Of a stretch of 64,000 bases of DNA, positions 17,004 to 27,465 are shown in pieces. Both the position numbers and the translations under genes were made by a program. Source of the stretch: Nitrospirales bacterium (GTDB lineage: Bacteria; Nitrospirota; Nitrospiria; Nitrospirales; UBA8639); the NCBI GenBank assembly GCA_965223295.1, contig CBDCWC010000002.1:928001-992000 (forward strand), given 5' to 3'. Within the stretch, counting starts at the first letter, position 1. Each line of letters starts with the position of its first letter. The notes below the pieces were generated by a model that made no database searches, had not been told where the DNA came from, and worked only from the letters and a program-made list of their open reading frames with translations.

Positions 17004-19952
17004 ATGACCACAAAAATTTTTCAGACCTTATTTTTTGGGAATCAGCCTCAAAGAACCATTTTGGCTATTGAAACCGAAAGCGAAGATTGGGGAGCAGGGC
17101 AAAGCCAAGATACAGAACTTCCACCGGCTCCAGAGAATGTCCGCGCAATTCCCGACCATGGTCGAACAACAATCACGTGGGATCCTGTTCCCAACGCTCT
17201 CTACTACAATCTCTATTTCGTCACAACCAAAGGTGTGCAAGTTAAACCCTGCGATCTCTCACGACCCATTGCGGCTCCTGAAGATTTCATTCCCATAGCC
17301 GGCATCAAAACGGATTCAGCCAGTTGCATTGAGGGCGTGGCTTCACCTTATATCCATAACGATTTAGCCAACAATCTTTGCTATCACTATGCCCTAACCG
17401 TCGTAACCGAAGGGGGAGAAAGCCCAATTTCAGAAGAGGTCATGTCCATCCCTTCCCCCTATCTCGCGGTCATGCAAATTGGATGTGAAGGAGTCGATGA
17501 CGGGGAATTCAAATCTCCGACAGGAATTGCCGTGGATAAAGACGGCAATATCTATGTTGGCGACACAGACAATCATTCAATCCAGAAATTTGATAAGACA
17601 GGAAAATTTCTGGCGCGTTGGGGAGAAGAGCCAGACTCCGCTGAAGGAAGCTTTTATTATCCACGCGGCCTTGCCACCTCGCCTGAAGGGGATGTGTATG
17701 TGGCTGACAGCGGAAATAATCGCATCCAAAAATTTGACCCCGAGGGCAACATCGTGAATGCCTGGGGAAAATTTGGGTTTGCCTGGCGTGGGGCCGAAGC
17801 GGGGAAATTTGATGTGCCCTGGGGTCTCACCACCGATTCACAAGGGAATTTATTCGTTTCAGACACCAGCAATGCCCGAGTGCAAAAATTTCTTCCTGAT
17901 GGTACGGCTGTACTCACCTGGGGGCGAGATGGCGGATACGATGGAGCTTTCTTTTATCCCCGAGGGGTGGCGGTGGATTTTGTCGGCAATATCTATGTGG
18001 CAGACGAAGGCAACCATCGAATTCAAAAATTTGATTCTCGTGGGAATTTCCTCCTGAAGTGGGGCAAAGAAGGTAGTGCACCCGGTCAATTCAAATCTCC
18101 CTGGGGCATTGCTTGCGATCCATTAGGCTATATTTATATCGTGGATAGCGGAAACCACCGTGTGCAAAAATTTGAGCCGAACGGCACGTATCTGTGTTCT
18201 TGGGGCAACCGCGGATTAACAGAAGGTCAGCTCAACTTCCCTTCCGGTATTGCCGTGGATAAGGAAGGGTATGTGTATGTCATCGACAGTGGCAATCATC
18301 GATTAACGAAATTTGCTCCAACCGAAGAAGAGTTACAACGCGGCAAGCAAGAGAGAGTTGCTGCCTCGCCAGACCTTGCTGCCCCCATAAATCTAGCCGT
18401 CAAACCTGGTGACACCGAAAATATTTTGAGCTGGCTAGAGATCCCTGATGCCGTAAGCTATAACTTGTACTTTAGCACGGACCCGAATATTACTATGGAA
18501 ACTTCTACCAAGATTGAAGGCGTCACGACTCCTTTTATCCATAGCGGACTGACTAATAATACACCATATTTTTATGCCCTTAGTGCCGTGACAGAAGATG
18601 AAGCAGAAAGCCCGCTTTCAGAAGAACAAACGGCTATTCCGATTCTCATCGATATTGCCGCACCTCAAAATCCCGACATCGTGCTCAATCATGGGGCCTA
18701 TATGACAAATAGCCCAGATATGGTGGCAACCATTTCAGCCAAAGACGTTGACAGCGGTGTCGCAGCTTACTTTATTTCTGAAAATCCTATGACCCCCAGC
18801 CCCACCATGCCCGGATGGGTCGAAGACGAGCCTGAGCAAAAATTTGGTGCCACTATTCCATTCACCACATCTCCTGGAGATGGCACAAAAACCGTCTATG
18901 TCTGGTTTAAGGATGCCAACAACAATGTCTCGGTTCCGGCCAGCGCCAATATCCTGCTCAATACTTCAGGCTATGTGTGCATTACGACATGGGGTAAGCC
19001 TGGACGTGGGGCTTCACTGTTGCACGGCGGTGAATTTATTAGTCCGATGTACGGAATGGCAATTGATCGACAGGGATCAATTTTCGTGGTGGATAATGGC
19101 AACAATCGGATTCAAAAATTTGATCGAAATGGCAATTTTATCCTCTTATGGGGGAATTTCGGCTCCAGTAACGGAAATTTCAATAATCCAACTGGCATTG
19201 CCTGCGATGCAAGCGGGAATCTGTATGTTGCAGATACGAACAATCACCGTATTCAAAAATTTGATGGAAAACTCGGGCATTATGTCATGAAAATCGGCTC
19301 ACGTGGAAATGGTGAGGGACAATTTAATGCACCATGGGGTGTCGCAGTGGATCGAGTTCGTGGATACCTTTATGTGGTGGATAGTGCCAATTTTAGAGTG
19401 CAAAAATTTGATGAAACAGGCGAATTCATTATGCAGTGGGGCAGCTTTGGTAATGCTGATGGTCAATTCTATTTTGCTAGAGGTCTAGCCGTTGACCAAA
19501 CGGATGGCACAGTCTATGTGGTTGACATGGGGAACCACCGGGTTCAGAAGTTTGATACAAGCTCGAATGTTTTGCCTCAATTACTGACCAAATGGGGTGG
19601 TGGAATTGGACCAGGACATGCCAGCAGCGCCCAAGCTCAAGAACCGGGACAATTTCGTTCTCCCTGGGGTGTCACCGTCGACGAAGCTGGCGATGTCTTT
19701 GTCAGTGATACTGGAAATCAACGACTTCAAAAATTTGATAGAGATGGAAATTTCATCACGCAGTGGGGTGGATTCGGCACGAATCAAGGACAATTTAATT
19801 TCCCTTACGGATTAGGAGTGGACAGCCGGGGCCATGTCTTTGTAGTTGACAGTGGCAATATGCGTGTTCAAGAGTTTATGCCAGCCGAAGAAGCGGAAGA
19901 TCATTTCCAAGACGAAGAATCTATGGCATTTATCCCTGAAGCCGCAGAGTAG
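17004..19952 (+). CDS. Large FN3 plus NHL-repeat (double beta-propeller) protein
   Basis: Two FN3-like segments (W.PV..A..YNLYF; YYALS/TV) and about 12 NHL repeats (P.GIAVD..G..YV.D.GNHRIQKFD). Confidence 0.88.
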   Translation: MTTKIFQTLFFGNQPQRTILAIETESEDWGAGQSQDTELPPAPENVRAIPDHGRTTITWDPVPNALYYNLYFVTTKGVQVKPCDLSRPIAAPEDFIPIAGIKTDSASCIEGVASPYIHNDLANNLCYHYALTVVTEGGESPISEEVMSIPSPYLAVMQIGCEGVDDGEFKSPTGIAVDKDGNIYVGDTDNHSIQKFDKTGKFLARWGEEPDSAEGSFYYPRGLATSPEGDVYVADSGNNRIQKFDPEGNIVNAWGKFGFAWRGAEAGKFDVPWGLTTDSQGNLFVSDTSNARVQKFLPDGTAVLTWGRDGGYDGAFFYPRGVAVDFVGNIYVADEGNHRIQKFDSRGNFLLKWGKEGSAPGQFKSPWGIACDPLGYIYIVDSGNHRVQKFEPNGTYLCSWGNRGLTEGQLNFPSGIAVDKEGYVYVIDSGNHRLTKFAPTEEELQRGKQERVAASPDLAAPINLAVKPGDTENILSWLEIPDAVSYNLYFSTDPNITMETSTKIEGVTTPFIHSGLTNNTPYFYALSAVTEDEAESPLSEEQTAIPILIDIAAPQNPDIVLNHGAYMTNSPDMVATISAKDVDSGVAAYFISENPMTPSPTMPGWVEDEPEQKFGATIPFTTSPGDGTKTVYVWFKDANNNVSVPASANILLNTSGYVCITTWGKPGRGASLLHGGEFISPMYGMAIDRQGSIFVVDNGNNRIQKFDRNGNFILLWGNFGSSNGNFNNPTGIACDASGNLYVADTNNHRIQKFDGKLGHYVMKIGSRGNGEGQFNAPWGVAVDRVRGYLYVVDSANFRVQKFDETGEFIMQWGSFGNADGQFYFARGLAVDQTDGTVYVVDMGNHRVQKFDTSSNVLPQLLTKWGGGIGPGHASSAQAQEPGQFRSPWGVTVDEAGDVFVSDTGNQRLQKFDRDGNFITQWGGFGTNQGQFNFPYGLGVDSRGHVFVVDSGNMRVQEFMPAEEAEDHFQDEESMAFIPEAAE

Positions 19953-20125
19953 TGCGACAAACACGCTTAAGGGACTTCACAGCAAACAACATTGGGCGGA
20001 CATGGGCGCTTGCTACACTATGGTCCATGTCTGAAACATTCGTCACTTTCTCTCCAATAATACTCGCAAAGTGACGATGTACATCTTCTACATTTTCAAC
20101 TCTAGATCAACATGTACAATGCAGT

Positions 20126-20154
20126 TTGACTGCAAAGGTGAAGAAATTTATGAT
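20126..20154 (+). promoter_or_regulatory. Sigma-70 promoter of the guaB-guaA operon
   Basis: TTGACT-17 bp-TATGAT. Confidence 0.55.
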
Positions 20155-20242
20155 AATGTCATGATCTCACGCCCCAACTTATAATGTCTCAACTCAATTT
20201 CTTTTCATTGAAAGCCTGTAAGCCTCTCAAAGCTCTAACATA

Positions 20243-21703
20243 ATGTGGGACCAACAACTACGAGTCGGCCTAACATTTGATGATGTGGTCCTCACGCCTC
20301 GTCATTCCAATATTATTCCCACTGAAGTTGATACTAGTACCCAACTCACCCGAAATATTCGTATCAATATCCCAATACTCAGTGCGGCCATGGACACGGT
20401 GACTGAAGGCCGCTTGGCGATTGCCTTGGCCCGTGAGGGGGGAATTGGAATTATTCATCGAGCGCTCTCTCCAGAGAGTCAAGCTGCAGAAGTCGACAAG
20501 GTCAAAAAGTCTGAAAGTGGCATGATTCTTTCTCCAATCACCATCTCGCCAGACCATACGATCCGGGATGCTCACCATCTCATGGCGACATATCGGATAT
20601 CAGGAATCCCTGTCACCCAGAACAAAAAACTGGTTGGCATTTTGACCAATCGTGATCTTCGCTTTGAGAGCCGCATGGATCTCAAGATCAGTCAGGCTAT
20701 GACAAAAGATAAACTTGTGACGGCTCCCGAAGGGACTAGTCTTGAAAAAGCTCAAGCCATTCTGCATGAACACCGTATTGAAAAACTTCTCGTCGTCAAT
20801 GACCAATTTGAATTAAAAGGACTCATCACCATTAAAGATATTCAGAAAAAGATCAAATATCCATTTGCCTGTAAAGATGAGCATGGGCGACTTCGTGTCG
20901 GCGCGGCCGTCGGAGTAGGACAAGATGTCGAGGATCGTATCGAACGGCTGACAAAAACCGGCATTGATGTGTTAGTCGTGGATACTGCGCATGGACACGC
21001 CCAAAGCGTTCTGGATAGGGTTAAAGCTATTAGAGCCCAATATCCTAATTTGGAAATTATTGCTGGCAATGTAGCAACTGCTGAAGCCACCAAAGATCTC
21101 ATTCAGGCGGGAGCCGATGCTGTGAAAATTGGCGTAGGTCCCGGGTCCATTTGTACGACACGAATTGTCTCGGGAGCCGGAGTCCCGCAACTCACAGCCG
21201 TCGCAGATTGCGCATCGGTCGCAAAAGAACATCAGATTCCGCTTATTGCTGACGGGGGCATTAAATATTCCGGCGATATTACCAAGGCCTTAGCTGCAGG
21301 CGCATCGACCGTGATGATTGGTTCAATGTTTGCGGGGACAGAAGAGTCGCCAGGAGAAACTGTATTATATCAAGGCCGAACCTACAAAGAATACCGAGGG
21401 ATGGGGTCATTGGGGGCCATGGAACGTGGTGGGAAAGATCGTTATTTTCAGGAAGGACGCGAGAACTCCAAACTGGTGCCCGAAGGCATTGAAGCCCGAG
21501 TACCTTTCAAAGGAAATTTGTCGGTGCTAATCTATCAGCTCGTTGGAGGGCTCAAAGCCGGGATGGGCTACTGTGGCTGCCGAACCATCCCTGAATTGCA
21601 GCGCGAAGCTCGCTTTCTACAGCTCACCTCTGCCGGTCTACGAGAAGCCCATGTCCATGATGTCATCATCACGAAGGAGGCCCCGAATTATCGGGCTGAC
21701 TAA
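20243..21703 (+). CDS. guaB: IMP dehydrogenase
   Basis: [17 protein letters not shown] pair and GPGSICTT motifs. Confidence 0.98.
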   Translation: MWDQQLRVGLTFDDVVLTPRHSNIIPTEVDTSTQLTRNIRINIPILSAAMDTVTEGRLAIALAREGGIGIIHRALSPESQAAEVDKVKKSESGMILSPITISPDHTIRDAHHLMATYRISGIPVTQNKKLVGILTNRDLRFESRMDLKISQAMTKDKLVTAPEGTSLEKAQAILHEHRIEKLLVVNDQFELKGLITIKDIQKKIKYPFACKDEHGRLRVGAAVGVGQDVEDRIERLTKTGIDVLVVDTAHGHAQSVLDRVKAIRAQYPNLEIIAGNVATAEATKDLIQAGADAVKIGVGPGSICTTRIVSGAGVPQLTAVADCASVAKEHQIPLIADGGIKYSGDITKALAAGASTVMIGSMFAGTEESPGETVLYQGRTYKEYRGMGSLGAMERGGKDRYFQEGRENSKLVPEGIEARVPFKGNLSVLIYQLVGGLKAGMGYCGCRTIPELQREARFLQLTSAGLREAHVHDVIITKEAPNYRAD

Positions 21704-21753
21704 GATTCAGTTCCTCGCCGGGAGCTCAAATCTTATGCGCACTATTAACTCCT

Positions 21754-23310
21754 ATGCAGCCACACCATGATACCATTGTTATCCTCGACTTTGGTTCTCA
21801 ATACACCCAACTGATCGCCAGAAGAATTCGGGAGTTCAAAGTTTATTCCTTCATCCTTCCCGCTCGCACTCCGCTCCAAGAAATCCTGAGTCATCAACCT
21901 AAAGGTCTTATTTTTTCTGGTGGGCCAGCTAGTGTCACCCACACCATTGCTCCAAAACTCACCGCCAAAATTTTCAAGCTTGGCATACCGATATTGGGCA
22001 TTTGCTACGGCATGCAGCTCATTGCTCAACATTTCGGCGGCAAGGTCACCCCCACACAGTTTCGAGAATTTGGGCGCGCGAACCTCCATATTGATCATTC
22101 TGAGGACTTATTTAAAGGCATCAAAACAAAAAAACCTTTTCAGGTCTGGATGTCTCACGGTGATTCGGTTGAACGGCTTCCAAAAGGCTTTCGGAAAATA
22201 GCTCATACCACACATGCACCAATTGCGGCCATGAAATTGACGACTGGCTCTGAAGAACTATTTGGCATTCAATTTCACCCGGAAGTTGTGCATACAGAGC
22301 ATGGAACCACAATCCTCAAAAATTTCACCTTACGGATTTGCCAATGCCAACCAACCTGGACAATGGGCTCTTTTATAGACCAGGCTGTCGCAGATATCCG
22401 CCAAACAGTCGGCAAGGGAACAGTCATCTGCGCATTGAGCGGCGGTGTCGACTCTACAGTCGCTGCCGTTCTCGTTCATCGAGCCATTGGCGATCAGCTA
22501 CGCTGTCTGTTTATCGATAACGGTCTGATGCGCAAAGACGAAGTCGTTCAATTACAAAAGACCTTTGACGCCTCGTATCACATGCCCGTACGAATTGCTG
22601 ATCATGGCTCAACATTCCTGTCAGCACTCGGACGCACAATCAATCCCGAACGCAAACGTAAAATTATTGGAAGGCAGTTCATTAAAGTATTCGAATATGA
22701 AGCTGCCTCATTGGGCACCGTAAATTTTCTCGTGCAGGGAACCTTATATCCCGATGTCATTGAAAGCCTGAGCGTAAACGGGCCTTCAGCCACGATCAAA
22801 AGTCATCACAATGTTGGGGGGCTCCCCAAACGCATGAAATTTAAGCTCATTGAACCCTTTCGCACCTTATTCAAAGACGAAGTCCGTCAATTGGGGCTAG
22901 AACTTGGACTCCCAGAGTCCATTGTGTGGCGGCAGCCGTTCCCTGGCCCAGGCTTAGCGATTCGAATTCTTGGTGCGGTAACCGCAGAACGGTTAACGAT
23001 TCTTCGAGACGCCGATGCCATTGTTCGGGAAGAAATTGAGGCAGCGGATAAATCTCGAAGTATTTGGCAGTTCTTTGCAGTCCTGCTGCCTATACAGACG
23101 GTTGGCGTCATGGGTGATCAACGCACCTATGAATTTGTCATCGCCATTCGCGCAGTCACCAGCACCGACGGCATGACCGCCGACTGGGCCGAAATTCCCT
23201 ATCCTGTGCTCGCAAAAATGTCAAACCGCATTATCAATGAAGTGCATGGCGTCAATCGCGTCGTGTACGATATTAGCTCTAAACCCCCAGCTACGATTGA
23301 GTGGGAATAA
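21754..23310 (+). CDS. guaA: GMP synthase (glutamine-hydrolysing)
   Basis: DFGSQY, GICYGMQ, QFHPE, SGGVDS and KPPATIEWE motifs. Confidence 0.98.
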   Translation: MQPHHDTIVILDFGSQYTQLIARRIREFKVYSFILPARTPLQEILSHQPKGLIFSGGPASVTHTIAPKLTAKIFKLGIPILGICYGMQLIAQHFGGKVTPTQFREFGRANLHIDHSEDLFKGIKTKKPFQVWMSHGDSVERLPKGFRKIAHTTHAPIAAMKLTTGSEELFGIQFHPEVVHTEHGTTILKNFTLRICQCQPTWTMGSFIDQAVADIRQTVGKGTVICALSGGVDSTVAAVLVHRAIGDQLRCLFIDNGLMRKDEVVQLQKTFDASYHMPVRIADHGSTFLSALGRTINPERKRKIIGRQFIKVFEYEAASLGTVNFLVQGTLYPDVIESLSVNGPSATIKSHHNVGGLPKRMKFKLIEPFRTLFKDEVRQLGLELGLPESIVWRQPFPGPGLAIRILGAVTAERLTILRDADAIVREEIEAADKSRSIWQFFAVLLPIQTVGVMGDQRTYEFVIAIRAVTSTDGMTADWAEIPYPVLAKMSNRIINEVHGVNRVVYDISSKPPATIEWE

Positions 23311-24128
23311 TGATGGCGACAGAAACAAAAATGGTCCGTTTGCAAAAGATTATCGCCGGATCAGGACTATCGTCCAGGCGAAAAGCCGAGGACTTCATCA
23401 GGCATGGGCTTGTGACTGTCAACGGCGAAACCGTGGTGACTCTGGGGACTAAAGTTGACCCCCTCCATGATCACATTAAGGTTAATGGACGACACCTGAA
23501 ATCAACGCTTCCCGATATGTTTGTCATGCTTAATAAACCTGTCGGATTTCTTTCGACGTTACACGACCCAGAAGATCGTCCAACGATTAAACAACTGATG
23601 CCCAAACCTTCATTGCGGTTGTTTCCTGTCGGTCGCTTGGATTGTGATAGTGAAGGTCTCTTGCTCCTGACCAATAACGGAGATATTGCTCAAGCCTGTC
23701 TTCATCCAACCAATCACGTTCAGAAAACCTATCTTGTCAAGATAAAGGGTGTCTTGGAGGATCAGCATATCCAACAACTTCGGCGCGGGGTCACGTTGGA
23801 CGATGGTCAAACAGCACCAGCCAAAGTGAAAAAGGCCGGAAAAGCTCAGGCCAATTCATGGATTGAAATATCAATTCATGAAGGACGCAAGCATCAAGTC
23901 AAACGCATGTTCGCCCAGATTGGGCACCCAGTCATTCGCTTAAAACGCATTCAATTTGGTCCACTACATTTGGGGAAACTTCTTCCTGGCAAAACGCGCT
24001 ACTTAACCGATAAAGAAGCTAACGACCTCCGGCAGGTATTGGCCCTGACTCAGATACCGTCTTCTGGGCTTTCGCCACTGACAACACCCAGGCAAAAACG
24101 TTCAGAAGAGCCCATCAATCGTAGCTAA
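23310..24128 (+). CDS. rRNA pseudouridine synthase, RsuA/RluB family
   Basis: N-terminal S4 domain, VGRLD catalytic motif, EGRKHQVKRM; TAATG overlap with guaA. Confidence 0.92.
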   Translation: MMATETKMVRLQKIIAGSGLSSRRKAEDFIRHGLVTVNGETVVTLGTKVDPLHDHIKVNGRHLKSTLPDMFVMLNKPVGFLSTLHDPEDRPTIKQLMPKPSLRLFPVGRLDCDSEGLLLLTNNGDIAQACLHPTNHVQKTYLVKIKGVLEDQHIQQLRRGVTLDDGQTAPAKVKKAGKAQANSWIEISIHEGRKHQVKRMFAQIGHPVIRLKRIQFGPLHLGKLLPGKTRYLTDKEANDLRQVLALTQIPSSGLSPLTTPRQKRSEEPINRS

Positions 24129-24232
24129 ATAACTAATAATTACTATACAAATCATTTCATTTTCTGAGTGTGATATACCAAGCACTTAAATATTTCATGA
24201 ACGAACATGCCATTCGTAAGTAAGAGGTTGTC

Positions 24233-26011
24233 GTGAAACGTTCTCATCATTGCGGCGAATTATCGTTGGCACAGGTAGGGCAAACCGTGACCTTAGCAGG
24301 CTGGGTGGCCAGCCGGCGAGACCACGGCGGTGTGATCTTCATTGATATCCGAGACCGTTATGGTCTCACCCAAATCGTCTTCGACTCTGAGGAAAACGCC
24401 TCTCTTCATACCATAGCAGACCGATTACGAAATGAATATGTCATAGCCATTACCGGAACAGTTTCGGTCCGCCCAACAGAGTCGGAAAATTCTTCGATTC
24501 CAACAGGAAGCATAGAGATTCGCGCCAATGCGCTTGAACTCCTGAATGAAGCCACTCCCCTCCCCTTTTCCATTGAGGACGAAGTGCATGCTTCAGAATC
24601 GCTCCGGCTTGAACACCGCTACTTAGATCTTCGCCGGCCCAAAATGCAACAACTCCTTCTGCTTCGGAGTCAAGTTTCACATCTCACCCGTCAATTCTTG
24701 CATGATCAGCAGTTTGTCGAAATAGAAACGCCGATACTGACGAAAAGTACCCCAGAAGGGGCCCGTGATTATTTAGTCCCAAGCCGGGTGAATCCAGGAG
24801 ATTTTTTTGCTCTGCCTCAATCCCCCCAACTGTTTAAGCAGATTCTGATGATCGGCGGACTGGACCGTTACTTTCAAATTGCCCGATGCTTTCGGGATGA
24901 AGATCTTCGCTTAGACCGCCAACCAGAATTTACGCAAATTGATCTGGAAATGTCGTTTGTGGACCGAGAAGATATCATCCAACTTATCGAAAACCTCATC
25001 AGATTGATTTTTAAAGAAACGCAACAAATAGATCTTCCCAACCCCTTTCCACGCCTCTCTTTTGATGAGGCTATGAGCCGATATGGGACAGATAAACCTG
25101 ATTGCCGCTTTGACCTTGAGCTGCAGGATCTCTGCGAATTTTCCAAAACCTGTGATTTCCAGGTTTTTCGCCGCGCTATTGAAAGTGGTGGCATGGTCAA
25201 GGGACTGATCATTCCGAAAGGCGGGGGCTTTGCTCGAAACCGTATTGATAACTTAATCGATACGGCCAAAGATTTTGGAGCAAAGGGATTAGCCTGGGTC
25301 AAAATTAATGAAGAAGGACAGTTGGATTCATCCATCGCCAAGTTCTTAAATGCTGAAACTCTACGAAAAGCCCTTCCCTCTGCAAACCCCGGAGACCTCC
25401 TTGTCTTTGTGGCCGATCAAGCCACCATCGTCCATCAAGTCTTGGGCCGTCTCCGTCTGCTACTCGGAGAAGAATTACAATTAGTCAATCACAATGCTTG
25501 GAAACCTCTGTGGGTCGTCGATTTCCCCATGTTTGAATACGATGCGGCCAGCCAACGACATGTGGCCCTTCATCACCCCTTTACCGCGCCACATCCTGAA
25601 GACATCCCACTCTTAGAAAGTCAGCCATTGGAGGCCAAAACCTTAGCCTATGACCTTGTGCTTAATGGCTTTGAGCTGGGTGGCGGCAGTATCCGCATTC
25701 ATTCCCCACACATCCAGGAAAAAGTTTTCGAGTTACTTAAGATATCCGAAACTGAAGCACGGGAAAAATTTGGATTTTTACTGGATGCCTTAGAATCTGG
25801 AGCACCACCCCATGGAGGCATTGCTCTCGGATTGGATCGATTAATCATGCTCTTAGGAAAGACTGAATCCATTCGCGATACGATTCCCTTTCCCAAAACA
25901 CAAAAGGCGCAGTGCCTGATGACACATGCGCCTTCTTCAGTCGCTCTTGAGCAACTTCAAGAATTATCTATTCGTACAACTGCCAAGAAACCCACGGCAC
26001 CTTCTTCCTAA
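24233..26011 (+). CDS. aspS: Aspartate--tRNA ligase
   Basis: RRDHGG, STPEGARDY, LPQSPQLFKQ, FRDEDLR and PPHGGIALGLDR motifs. Confidence 0.98.
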   Translation: MKRSHHCGELSLAQVGQTVTLAGWVASRRDHGGVIFIDIRDRYGLTQIVFDSEENASLHTIADRLRNEYVIAITGTVSVRPTESENSSIPTGSIEIRANALELLNEATPLPFSIEDEVHASESLRLEHRYLDLRRPKMQQLLLLRSQVSHLTRQFLHDQQFVEIETPILTKSTPEGARDYLVPSRVNPGDFFALPQSPQLFKQILMIGGLDRYFQIARCFRDEDLRLDRQPEFTQIDLEMSFVDREDIIQLIENLIRLIFKETQQIDLPNPFPRLSFDEAMSRYGTDKPDCRFDLELQDLCEFSKTCDFQVFRRAIESGGMVKGLIIPKGGGFARNRIDNLIDTAKDFGAKGLAWVKINEEGQLDSSIAKFLNAETLRKALPSANPGDLLVFVADQATIVHQVLGRLRLLLGEELQLVNHNAWKPLWVVDFPMFEYDAASQRHVALHHPFTAPHPEDIPLLESQPLEAKTLAYDLVLNGFELGGGSIRIHSPHIQEKVFELLKISETEAREKFGFLLDALESGAPPHGGIALGLDRLIMLLGKTESIRDTIPFPKTQKAQCLMTHAPSSVALEQLQELSIRTTAKKPTAPSS

Positions 26012-27039
26012 GCCTTCGCGACATCGACCACAATGGAATGAAGACCTGTTGCCCCAGCCGGTTGCGGGCGGGCCATTTCAGAAGTCTGCACCTTGCCTTG
26101 GGCATCAATAGCCCTCACGGACACCATATGCTTTCCGGCCTGAGGAACATTCCAATCATAATTCCAAATGACCCACGTATAGGGAGACAGAGGTGTTTCT
26201 AAATCAGCAGGCACCCAAGTTTTTTCTTGATCGAAACTGAGTTGCACTTCCCGTATCGTTTCTGGCCCGCCAAAGGCAATGCCGCGTAAACGCTGCGTGA
26301 AACCCTGAACGGATTGATAGTGACCGGGACTATCAATCCGTGAAAAGATATGAATCGTGCCATCATCAGTCCAGCCTTTTTGTTGCCAGTAGCCTTTATA
26401 GTCTCCGTTATACACTTCGATTTCCGTAATCCACTTTACATTCTTAATTCCATACAAACCAGGAACGACAAGACGAAGGGGAAAGCCATGCTCTTTCGGA
26501 AGTTTTTCCCCGTTCATTAAATACGCCAACATCACATCGTCTTCCATTGCCCGTGAAAACGGGATACTATCGTGATACCCATCCGCTCCTCGAAAGATGA
26601 CATCTCTTGCCATCTCTTCGTCTACGCCCACATCTTTCAAGAGCTTTTTCAATGAAATCCCACGCCACATTGCCGTACCCAAACTGCTCCCGCCTGGCAG
26701 AGTATCAATACACATAAGCGTCACAGCCTGATCAAAGGATTCACGATTTAACAAATCGCGCCATTTCATCACTGTAGGCATTTCCACCACGCCTTTCACG
26801 AGCATCTGCCATTGTTCAACATCTAAATCACGGGTGAAATTATAGGACCCTTCGTTGAAATTGACCCGGTAAAACTTGTCATTGGGCGTAAAATACACGG
26901 TGTCTCGTGGCGGCACCGCAAACATGGAACCCAGATCACAGCCCGGCAAAACTACACTGGCAGTAGCCAGACCTCCGAGAGTCAGAATCCCGCGTCGAGA
27001 GAATTTCCACGTCAAGGGTAATGATTCGTAAACAGGCAT
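26008..27039 (-). CDS. Sulfite oxidase-family molybdoenzyme, predicted Tat-exported lipoprotein
   Basis: SRRGIL twin-arginine motif, LPGC lipobox, Mo-ligand Cys (LMCID), HGFPLRLVVPGLYGIKNVKW and C-terminal dimerisation domain. Confidence 0.85.
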   Translation of the reverse strand: MPVYESLPLTWKFSRRGILTLGGLATASVVLPGCDLGSMFAVPPRDTVYFTPNDKFYRVNFNEGSYNFTRDLDVEQWQMLVKGVVEMPTVMKWRDLLNRESFDQAVTLMCIDTLPGGSSLGTAMWRGISLKKLLKDVGVDEEMARDVIFRGADGYHDSIPFSRAMEDDVMLAYLMNGEKLPKEHGFPLRLVVPGLYGIKNVKWITEIEVYNGDYKGYWQQKGWTDDGTIHIFSRIDSPGHYQSVQGFTQRLRGIAFGGPETIREVQLSFDQEKTWVPADLETPLSPYTWVIWNYDWNVPQAGKHMVSVRAIDAQGKVQTSEMARPQPAGATGLHSIVVDVAKA

Positions 27040-27114
27040 AAGGAATAAGCTTATTATCTAATGTTCGTCTTCTCTAGACAAGTTCCAGATGAGAAGAATT
27101 CAGCCTGGATTACT

Positions 27115-27339
27115 GAGGCTGTCGAATAATGATGATATCAACGGCCACATTTCGTGTCTGAGAGGTAACATGTCAGAGACCTCGGGTCTGTTCAAAAAAG
27201 TCCGTTCAGCAAGGCCACAGCCATTGTTGCGCGCGGAGCGTACTGGCAGTATGTGAGCACGGAAAAAGAGCGACCCGCCTGCGCAAAGCCGCTCCGGCGA
27301 AGGCAGAGAACGCCGCTGGCGGCTTTTTTCAACAGACCC
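27115..27339 (+). mobile_element. MITE-like repeat, copy 2, with TTACT target duplication and nested REP-like insert
   Basis: GAGGCTGTCGAA..TTCAACAGACCC flanked by TTACT at 27110-27114 and 27340-27344; extra ~35 bp at about 27274-27306. Confidence 0.85.
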
Positions 27340-27465
27340 TTACTGACTTTCAGACTGTGACTTTCAGACCGGCTACCTTGACCTTATTCAAGAGTTAGCC
27401 TAAGGTTTTTTATAGGAATATCAAAGAATTGCCCCCTATTCAGTTTCCAACAAAAGGATTTGGAT

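Noticed and set aside
17500-19870. CRISPR-like or tandem DNA repeats
   Set aside because: The periodicity comes from degenerate NHL protein repeats within one ORF.
27124-27142. Fur-box-like AATAATGATGATATCA in the MITE left module
   Set aside because: Only a partial match to GATAATGATAATCATTATC, and it is explained as part of the repeat.
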